Assembly: GCA_050015515.1 (NCBI GenBank)
Contig: JBEKBG010000001.1
Span: 6,028-70,027, forward strand
Length of the DNA stretch: 64,000 nt
Source: Minisyncoccia bacterium
Lineage (GTDB): Bacteria; Patescibacteriota; Minisyncoccia; UBA6257; 2-01-FULL-56-20
Reading direction: 5' to 3'
Shown piece by piece: positions 49,205 to 56,327 of this stretch (its first letter is position 1; every line of letters begins with the position of its first letter). The notes beneath the pieces were generated by a model. The model had not been told where the DNA came from and ran no database searches. It saw only the letters and a program-made list of their open reading frames with translations. Made by a program: the position numbers and the translations under genes.

Positions 49205-49918
49205 ATGAGCTATAAAGACCAACGCACACTAAGTATGATTATTAATGTTTTGCGTTCGCACCTCATTAAGCAGGGATTTTTCGAGCACCATCTCTATTCG
49301 ACCCTCAATTATAAAATTGAAAACACCGACACTTTCAAGGTTGGAAAGGGGTTATATCTTCGCTATAATCCTGAACCTGACATTTGGCAGGTTGGGGAGC
49401 AATATGACAAATTTTTTTGGGTGGGAAGCATGTTTAGAAACGAAAAAAAAGTATCAACCCTCCATCGCTACGAATTCACAGTTCTTGATGTTTATTTGAA
49501 ACGCGGCAATATGAAAATGGTGGTCGAGGAATTTCTTGAGCTACTCGGTGTTTTGGAAAAATCACTCCACGTAGAACCACTTTCAAAACTTCCAGTAAAA
49601 TACGTTTCGTATAGCGAATTGAGAAAAGGGAAAATGGAGGGAAGCTTTTGGATGGTATTGACCGGTTATCCCATAAAAGAATCTTTTTATGATACGGAAG
49701 GGGCTAATAAGCACGCCAGTAATAAATTTGAAATCTTTTACGTGCGTAAAGGGAGGCCACTCGAGATCGCTGCGTGTGGAGAATTAGGAGAGAACCTTAA
49801 CCCCATCAACTATATAAAGGTCGCAAAAAAATTTTTAAATAAAAAAGTGGCCGATAAGAAATTTATCGGATTCGGATTTGGGCTTGAGCGAATCGCTCAC
49901 ATATACGGCCTTCTATAG
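49205..49918 (+). CDS. Truncated class II aminoacyl-tRNA-synthetase-like protein (EpmA/AsnA-like core)
   Basis: Motif 2 GSMFRNE..STLHRYEF and motif 3 GFGFGLERI; no anticodon-binding domain; low GC. Confidence 0.75.
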   Translation: MSYKDQRTLSMIINVLRSHLIKQGFFEHHLYSTLNYKIENTDTFKVGKGLYLRYNPEPDIWQVGEQYDKFFWVGSMFRNEKKVSTLHRYEFTVLDVYLKRGNMKMVVEEFLELLGVLEKSLHVEPLSKLPVKYVSYSELRKGKMEGSFWMVLTGYPIKESFYDTEGANKHASNKFEIFYVRKGRPLEIAACGELGENLNPINYIKVAKKFLNKKVADKKFIGFGFGLERIAHIYGLL

Positions 49919-49932
49919 TTCTTTACAATGGG

Positions 49933-50084
49933 TGCCGATGAAGAATATGTTTTAAAAGAGGATTTCGGAGGCGATGCCGGCTTGGTCGTTCATTCTTATG
50001 AACGCGGCATCGCCGAGAATCAGCGGTCGTCGGCCGCTGGAGCCGGCGAACCGCGTCTCTTTTAAAACATATTCTTCATCGGCA
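49933..50084. repeat. Long palindrome, family B loop (reverse orientation)
   Basis: Perfect 28-bp arms 49933-49960/50057-50084. Confidence 0.92.
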
Positions 50085-50089
50085 TAAAG

Positions 50090-50271
50090 TAGTAAACTCA
50101 GACCTGGGGGCAATTCCTCGCGAAAGGACAATGATCTCTTCTATCTAATGATAAAAGAGGCTAGAATTACTCAAAGGAGAGAACCAGCCGAAACCGGTTC
50201 ATCCTGTAGTTTTTAGAAATAACTCCCGCCCCCAGATTTGAATTTGCTACCGGCCCATATTTATTGAGCAC
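50090..50271 (-). ncRNA. Candidate structured ncRNA (about 180 nt)
   Basis: Minus-strand promoter TTGACA-17-TAACAT (50306-50278); 22-bp closing stem; internal hairpins with G:U pairs and a UUCG loop on the minus strand. Confidence 0.5.
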
Positions 50272-50341
50272 TTGGATATGTTAGCATATAGAATATCATT
50301 TGTCAAGACCCAGCTTATCCACACGAAATCCACAACCGCCC

Positions 50342-51373
50342 ATGCCAAAAACACCTCATAATAATAGCTTTGCGGGTTCAGCCGGCAATCCAGCCAACAA
50401 AGAAGACCCGAATATTGACCTCACCCTCCGGCCTACCGAGTGGGATGAGTATATCGGCCAGGAAAAAATAAAAGATAATTTAAAAACACTTTTGAGCGCC
50501 GCAAAAAAACGCGGCGAGGTCGCTGACCACCTTTTATTCTCCGGCCCGGCGGGATTGGGGAAGACGACTCTCGCGTATTTGGTCGCGCGCGAACTGGGCG
50601 GGTTGATAAAAACCACTTCTGGCCCGGCACTGGAAAAAGCGGGCGATCTTGCCGCGGTGCTCACCAACCTGACGCCCGGCGAAATATTATTTATTGACGA
50701 AGCGCATCGCATCAATCCGATGATTGAAGAAGTGCTCTACCCGGCGATGGAGGCGCGCAAGCTGCACCTCGTCGTCGGTAAAGGGCCGTCGGCGCGGACG
50801 CTTTCACTTGATTTGCCGCCGTTCACATTGATCGCGGCAACGACGCGTGAGAACTTGCTTTCGGCTCCGCTGCGCTCGCGCTTCGGCGCCACGCTGCGAC
50901 TTGGCTATTACACGCCGGACGATATTAAAAAGATATTAAAACGTTCGGCGGCGATCTTAAAAGTGGAGGCGCAGCCCGAGGCGATCGATATCCTCGCGCG
51001 CGCGGCGCGCGGGACTCCGCGAGTTGCCAACCGCTTACTCCGCCGCGCGCGTGACTTTGCCGAAGTACACCGCGAGAGCGTAATAGATGAGGATGCGGCG
51101 CGGAAAACACTCGCGATGCTCGAGATTGACGAGGTGGGTCTTGAGCCGCAGGACCGCGAACTCCTGATGACGATCATCGAGAAGTTCCATGGCGGCCCCG
51201 TCGGCATCAATACCATCGCCGCCGCGCTCGCGCAGGATCGCGGTGCCATCGAGGACATCTACGAGCCGTATTTGATGACCTTGGGATTTCTCCAGCGTTC
51301 TTCCGCAGGGCGGATTGTTTTGCCGGCGGCGTATCGGCACTTGAAGATAAAAGGGTATGAGGAGTTGCTGTAG
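50342..51373 (+). CDS. ruvB: Holliday junction helicase RuvB
   Basis: LRP..WDEYIGQ, GPAGLGKT, IDEAHR and RGTPR. Confidence 0.97.
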   Translation: MPKTPHNNSFAGSAGNPANKEDPNIDLTLRPTEWDEYIGQEKIKDNLKTLLSAAKKRGEVADHLLFSGPAGLGKTTLAYLVARELGGLIKTTSGPALEKAGDLAAVLTNLTPGEILFIDEAHRINPMIEEVLYPAMEARKLHLVVGKGPSARTLSLDLPPFTLIAATTRENLLSAPLRSRFGATLRLGYYTPDDIKKILKRSAAILKVEAQPEAIDILARAARGTPRVANRLLRRARDFAEVHRESVIDEDAARKTLAMLEIDEVGLEPQDRELLMTIIEKFHGGPVGINTIAAALAQDRGAIEDIYEPYLMTLGFLQRSSAGRIVLPAAYRHLKIKGYEELL

Positions 51374-51387
51374 GCATGGCGCTATTC

Positions 51388-51411
51388 GTTCGAATCCCTC
51401 CCTCTCCGCCA
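51388..51411 (+). other. tRNA-Ser-like 3' fragment (att-site-like scar)
   Basis: GTTCGAATCCCTCCCTCTCCGCCA with no upstream tRNA body. Confidence 0.6.
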
Positions 51412-51423
51412 GGGGTGGGAAAG

Positions 51424-51975
51424 TCATTTTTTCTCCAATAAAATTCCTCCGGCGATAAAAACTGATGCCAGAGAAAAAACAGTCATGATTATGAAGAGGA
51501 CCTCAAAGGAGTAAGCTGCCACTATTACACCTCCCACAATCGCGGCGATTCCGCTCAAAAAGTCTCTTCCTCCTGCCCACGTTGCCCAGAATGTGGTTGC
51601 CTTATCTTCTGAAAGGTCCGCCGAAAACAGACCATCCCACGACGGTTCTAGTATTCCGACGCCAATTCCGATCACTATCTGTGTTATGAAAAGCTCGAGA
51701 GGATTACTGACAAACAAATAGCTAGTGATGCCGATTGCCGCAATGAGGCATCCAAAGAAGACCATCAATCGCAGCCGTTCCTTGAAAAACCTTGATCGTC
51801 CGAAGGTAAAAATAAAGACCCCGCTCGCTATGGAAAATAAGCCGAAAGAAGTACCAGCCGCGAGGACGTCGCCTCCGATATTCTTTACGAATATCGCGTA
51901 GATGGGGCCGATGAGCCCCTCGGCCACAACCAATGAAAAACTGACAAACAAAAGAAGTCTACTGATCCGTTTCAT
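51424..51975 (-). CDS. Half-size (6-TM) MFS-like transporter
   Basis: Six hydrophobic segments; PIYAIFV..IGG...AG and MFS-type GIGVG..EP.W. Confidence 0.75.
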   Translation of the reverse strand: MKRISRLLLFVSFSLVVAEGLIGPIYAIFVKNIGGDVLAAGTSFGLFSIASGVFIFTFGRSRFFKERLRLMVFFGCLIAAIGITSYLFVSNPLELFITQIVIGIGVGILEPSWDGLFSADLSEDKATTFWATWAGGRDFLSGIAAIVGGVIVAAYSFEVLFIIMTVFSLASVFIAGGILLEKK

Positions 51976-52109
51976 CCCACCATTTTATCTTAATTGGCTA
52001 TATTACGCCAAAATTTTGTTCGAACATCGTCCCACGCTTGACCGCCGGTCATTAAAAAATCATTAAAAAACTTTTGACTTTTCTTTTGTATAGACTAAGA
52101 TAATATACG

Positions 52110-52190
52110 AAGCGGGGTCTTGCCGAGATGGCGAGTCCAATCCTGTTTGTCGCAAAAATAGCCTCTTTCTGGGGGCTGTTTTTGTTTTTA
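52110..52190 (+). ncRNA. Candidate small RNA with promoter and terminator
   Basis: TTGACT(52074)-16-TAAGAT(52096), a 5' hairpin and terminator 52153-52184. 52141-52152 is complementary to 52271-52282. Confidence 0.45.
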
Positions 52191-52237
52191 GATAGTTTTA
52201 ATGGTGCTTTTGTTACGCTGTTTTTGCCGGTGGGCAT

Positions 52238-52311
52238 GGGCCCGTCATCTATGTGGTAAGATCCTGCTTTCGACAAACAGGAAAAGCTGGGTTCGACTCC
52301 CGCCGGGTCCA
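52238..52311 (+). tRNA. Atypical tRNA-like gene, anticodon not assignable
   Basis: GGGCCCG/CGGGTCC acceptor (G3:U70, A73), ATCT/AGAT D-stem and GGG-TTCGACT-CCC T arm; irregular anticodon arm. Confidence 0.6.
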
Positions 52312-52371
52312 CCGGCGCGCCCGGGCTGTGTTTGGGCACGGCTCGGGCGCGTGCCCTCGGATTATAACAAC

Positions 52372-52947
52372 ATGATTTACATCAACGAATGGCTTCCGAA
52401 CCCGGTCGGCAATGACGCGGCCGGCGAATTTATCGAGCTTTATAATAACGGTGCGAGCGCGGCGTCGCTTGGTGGCTATGCTCTTGGCGACGGCGCTAAG
52501 AAAAAATTCTCGCTTGCCGGCTATAGTATCCCACCCGGAGGCTATTTGGTTTTAAAACATGCGCAGGACAAACTGACTTTGAAAAACACCGACGGGGCAG
52601 TATCGTTATATGGTCCGGGCGGGCAGGTGGTGGACGGCGCGAGCTTCGCCGGCGCGGCGCCGGAAGGGAAGAGCTATTCGCGCGTGGACTACAGCGCCGC
52701 GCCGATCGCGCATTTTACGTTCGAGTATCCCACGCCCGGCGCGGCAAACGAGACGATGGATACAACGGTGGCGACAAGCAGCTATTCGCTCGGCGTTCCG
52801 CTCTCGCCGCAACTTTCGCCTATGGGGTTCGCGGGGCTCACCATAGGCGTCGCGTCGTTCTTTCTGTTATTCTTTATCCATGTCATCCAAAAAAACCGAA
52901 ATATATCGAAGTTCTTCTTCGGAGGAGACGAAGAAATTGGGGTGTAA
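52372..52947 (+). CDS. Lamin-tail-domain protein with C-terminal TM
   Basis: [18 protein letters not shown] and PTPG..N. Confidence 0.85.
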   Translation: MIYINEWLPNPVGNDAAGEFIELYNNGASAASLGGYALGDGAKKKFSLAGYSIPPGGYLVLKHAQDKLTLKNTDGAVSLYGPGGQVVDGASFAGAAPEGKSYSRVDYSAAPIAHFTFEYPTPGAANETMDTTVATSSYSLGVPLSPQLSPMGFAGLTIGVASFFLLFFIHVIQKNRNISKFFFGGDEEIGV

Positions 52948-53407
52948 TATCGCGCGCACGCTCACGCGTGGCGATGCGGTGAAGAAAAAATGCGCGACGG
53001 TGTTCGCGCTCCAAGGCGATCTTGGCGCGGGTAAGACCACTTTTGTGCAGGGTTTTTTAAAGGGATTGGGATCAAAGAAGCGCGCGACGAGCCCGACGTT
53101 CGTGTTAATGCGACGGCATGTGCTTGGTGGCAGACGCGGTGCCGGCGGCCAGAAGAAATTCAAAAATGTTTTTCATATTGATGCGTATCGCTTAAAAAAA
53201 CCGGAGCATGTAGCAGCGCTCACACTTGATGTCATCCTTAACGAGCCATACAACATTCTTTTGATTGAATGGCCGGAGCAGGCGAAAAAATTTCTCCCTA
53301 AAAAGACGACGTGGATAAAATTCAAATATGGTAAAAAAGAGAACGAGCGGATTATCGCAATAACACGCCCTACGCAAACGCCCGCGCGTCCGCGCCCGCA
53401 AAAATAA
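52880..53407 (+). CDS. tsaE: tRNA threonylcarbamoyladenosine biosynthesis ATPase TsaE
   Basis: [21 protein letters not shown] and IEWPE. Confidence 0.95.
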   Translation: MSSKKTEIYRSSSSEETKKLGCNIARTLTRGDAVKKKCATVFALQGDLGAGKTTFVQGFLKGLGSKKRATSPTFVLMRRHVLGGRRGAGGQKKFKNVFHIDAYRLKKPEHVAALTLDVILNEPYNILLIEWPEQAKKFLPKKTTWIKFKYGKKENERIIAITRPTQTPARPRPQK

Positions 53408-53408
53408 C

Positions 53409-54347
53409 ATGAAAAAATTACTGCTTATTGACGCAAACTCGATCATCCATCGGTCGTTCCATGCCCTGCCGCCGTTCACGACGCCGGAAGGGAAGCCGTC
53501 GGGCGCGATCTACGGCATTGCGAGCATTCTCCTTAAGCTCTGGCGCGATGAGCGGCCGGATTATGCCGCTGCGCTTTTTGATCGTCCCGAGCCGACGTTC
53601 CGCGACGAGAAGTATGCCGAGTATAAGGCACAGCGCCCGCCTGCGCCGGACGAGCTGATCTCGCAAATAATAGAGGCGCACAAGCTGTTTGAAGCGTTTG
53701 GGATCAGGACGTTCGAAAAGCCGGGCTATGAGGCGGACGACCTTATCGCCACGCTTGCGGAAAAATTCAAAACATTGCCGGACGTGCAGGTGGTCATTTT
53801 GACCGGCGATCGCGACACATTGCAGATGGTGGAAGGAGACAAGCTCGTCGTACAGACGTTCAATAAAGGAGTGAGCGACACGACGATCTATAACGAAGTG
53901 ACGGTGATCGAGAAATATGGCATTGCGCCGAAGCAGATGGTGGATTACAAAGCGCTCGTCGGCGACTCGTCAGATAACATCAAGGGCGTGCCCGGTGTCG
54001 GGCCGAAGACGGCGTTGGAGTTGATAAAAAGATTTGGGACGGTAAAAAATATGTATGAGCAGATCAATGAGGACCCAAAATTGGAGGCGAAATTCGGCGC
54101 ATTCAAAAAGGAAGCCGAGCTTTCGGAGGAGTTGGTGACGCTCGAGCGCCACGCGCCGATCGTGATTCCGCCGATAGAGGAGCTTGCGCCCGCGAGCGAT
54201 ACCGACGCGCCGGCAAAATATTTTGAGAAGATGGGATTCGCGACGTTGCTCAAGCGACTGCTTTTCCCCGAGGCGGAAAAGACGATATCTATAAGGAAAC
54301 CAAAAGAGAAGACCAAGCCGAATGGCGCGCAGGCATCCCTCTTTTGA
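53409..54347 (+). CDS. Stand-alone 5'-3' exonuclease (PolA N-terminal domain)
   Basis: IDANS..HRSFHA, EADD, TGDRD and GDSSDNIKGVPGVGPKTA; no polymerase domain. Confidence 0.9.
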   Translation: MKKLLLIDANSIIHRSFHALPPFTTPEGKPSGAIYGIASILLKLWRDERPDYAAALFDRPEPTFRDEKYAEYKAQRPPAPDELISQIIEAHKLFEAFGIRTFEKPGYEADDLIATLAEKFKTLPDVQVVILTGDRDTLQMVEGDKLVVQTFNKGVSDTTIYNEVTVIEKYGIAPKQMVDYKALVGDSSDNIKGVPGVGPKTALELIKRFGTVKNMYEQINEDPKLEAKFGAFKKEAELSEELVTLERHAPIVIPPIEELAPASDTDAPAKYFEKMGFATLLKRLLFPEAEKTISIRKPKEKTKPNGAQASLF

Positions 54348-54377
54348 AAGCGCCGCGCATGTTATAATAAAGAGACA

Positions 54378-55715
54378 TTGAATAAGCAGACCTCAAAATT
54401 TACCGACGTCATTAAGTGGCCGGAATTCCAGATCGTGTGGGTATTACTCGCGCTGGTTGTTGTGGAAGCCGCTTTGATTTTTTATCTGCAAGCACCGTGG
54501 GTGCCGTACGCCGCCGCCGGGCTACTCGTCGTGATTGCCATCCTCGCCGCCGCCGCCGTATATTTTTCCGCAAAGAAGAACCGCGACACAAGCGTTGAGC
54601 GCAGTGAGCTCAAGGGCATCTTCGCCAGCATCAACGACGGGCTGATCGTGTACGAAGCGGACTTCCGCGTTATCTTTTTTAATGCGGCGGCGGAACGGAT
54701 TTTCAAACTGGAGGCAAAGAACGTGCTTGGCCACCTGCTTTCCCCGCGCGACGTTGAGGCTGAGGGATGGCGGACGCTCGCGCAGATCGTGTTCCCGTCG
54801 CTCGCGCCGCGCGTGGTGGTACATTCCAAAGAGGACGTGTATCCGCAGGTTGTGGATATCTCATTTACCGATCCGACGGAGCTTGAGTTCCGTGTGACGA
54901 CCACGCCGGTGCCGGACGAGCGCGGCAATCCGCTCGCGTTCATGAAGATCGTGCGCGACCGCACGGCGCAGGTGCAGGCCTTGCGTTCCAAGAGCGAGTT
55001 CATAACGGTCGCCTCGCATCAGTTGCGTGGGCCGGTGACGGATATCAGTTGGGCACTGCAATCGTTGTCCGGCATCACCGGGATGGATGAGAATAATAAG
55101 ATGATCTTTGACCATGCGCTTGCGGCGAGCCAGACCCTTTTGCGTCGCATTGAGGATCTGCTCGATATCGCCAAAATGGAGGACGCGCAGTTCGGTTATC
55201 AATTTGAGGACGCGGATGTCAGTGATTTTCTCGCGAAGGTGTTGGCGGATGTTCTCCCCGCCGCGCAGAAAGCAGGGGTCAAGCTTTATTTCGACCGGCC
55301 GTCGGAGGCTCTGCCGCACGTGATGATCGATCCCAAGCGGCTTTCACTTGCCGTCACCAATCTTCTTGAGAATGCCATCCGCTACAACGTAGAGAACGGC
55401 GACGTGACGGTGAAGGCGGATAAGATGCAGGACAAGCCGTATGTGGTGGTGAGCGTGAAGGACACCGGCATTGGCATCCCGCCCGAGGCCGTCGCCAACT
55501 TGTTCAAAAAATTCTTCCGCGCCGAAAACGCCGTCAAGATCCAGACCGAAGGCTCCGGCCTCGGGCTTTATATCGCCAAGGGTATCATCGCCGCGCACGG
55601 CGGCCAGATCTGGGCCGAGTCCGAGCTCAACCGCGGCACCACGATCTCGTTCGCACTCCCGACCGACCCGAATTTGGTGCCGAAGAACGAAATGGGTGCA
55701 GAGGATCTGGGGTAA
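54378..55715 (+). CDS. PAS-domain sensor histidine kinase
   Basis: Two TMs, PAS, ASHQLRGP, NLLENAIRY, DTGIG and GSGLGL. Confidence 0.93.
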   Translation: MNKQTSKFTDVIKWPEFQIVWVLLALVVVEAALIFYLQAPWVPYAAAGLLVVIAILAAAAVYFSAKKNRDTSVERSELKGIFASINDGLIVYEADFRVIFFNAAAERIFKLEAKNVLGHLLSPRDVEAEGWRTLAQIVFPSLAPRVVVHSKEDVYPQVVDISFTDPTELEFRVTTTPVPDERGNPLAFMKIVRDRTAQVQALRSKSEFITVASHQLRGPVTDISWALQSLSGITGMDENNKMIFDHALAASQTLLRRIEDLLDIAKMEDAQFGYQFEDADVSDFLAKVLADVLPAAQKAGVKLYFDRPSEALPHVMIDPKRLSLAVTNLLENAIRYNVENGDVTVKADKMQDKPYVVVSVKDTGIGIPPEAVANLFKKFFRAENAVKIQTEGSGLGLYIAKGIIAAHGGQIWAESELNRGTTISFALPTDPNLVPKNEMGAEDLG

Positions 55716-55748
55716 ACCTGTCGTAGCAATCTATTACAAGTATAGATT

Positions 55749-56108
55749 ATGAATCCGATTCGCCACATAGAATTCTGGTCATCAAATGTAGAAAATTCGG
55801 TTCTATTTTATGAATCTTTTTTAAATATACTTGGATGGGTTCGTATAGACAAAAATGGCCTAGTTTGCGACCAAACAAAAATATATTTTCGTGAGAAATT
55901 AATTTCCCTTCGCGAAACATTAGGCCCTCGGCATATTTGTTTTCAAGCAAATGATGAAAAGGCTATTGATGAAATAGCAAGCATCCTCAAATCTCGCGGG
56001 ACTTCGATTTTGCATGGGTCCGGGGAGTTGCATCCCGGAAGCTACATGGTTGTATTTAAAGATCCAGATGGTTATATCCTTGAGGTTTCATATAAAATAA
56101 AGGAATAG
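55749..56108 (+). CDS. VOC/glyoxalase-family protein (low GC)
   Basis: HIEF.....S..FY...LG, HICF.A and FKDPDGY.LE. Confidence 0.88.
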   Translation: MNPIRHIEFWSSNVENSVLFYESFLNILGWVRIDKNGLVCDQTKIYFREKLISLRETLGPRHICFQANDEKAIDEIASILKSRGTSILHGSGELHPGSYMVVFKDPDGYILEVSYKIKE

Positions 56109-56192
56109 AATTCGATACGTTTTCGACTCCTAAAACTGAGAGATGCCCATATCTATAAGGAATAAAATAGTATAGGAAAAGTGGGTTCCCAA

Positions 56193-56276
56193 AGGGTTTT
56201 CGGGGTATTCCGGACGAGCGTAGGCGAGGAGGATTAGGGCGTTTTCAGCAGAAAACGACCCGACCCCCAAAACCCT
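56193..56276. repeat. Degenerate palindrome, family B loop (reverse orientation)
   Basis: 14-bp arms 56193-56206/56263-56276; loop contains cgttttc-agca-gaaaacg and CGAGCGTAGGCGAG. Confidence 0.7.
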
Positions 56277-56327
56277 ATAGCAAGCCCCTTGGCCACTCTT
56301 TTGTTTTCGTGTACAATGGTATGCGAA

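Noticed and set aside
52110-52311. Standard tmRNA (ssrA)
   Set aside because: The 3' end resembles tmRNA, but the matching 5' acceptor strand is only about 70 nt upstream with a D-stem, leaving no room for pseudoknots or a tag frame.
9455-56276. Long palindromes as ordinary intrinsic terminators
   Set aside because: The stems are far longer than needed, most lack a U-tract, the loops are conserved cassettes and the mismatches disfavour the mRNA strand. A secondary terminator role is not excluded.
9455-56276. Replichore bias in palindrome orientation
   Set aside because: Both orientations occur on each side of the inferred origin.
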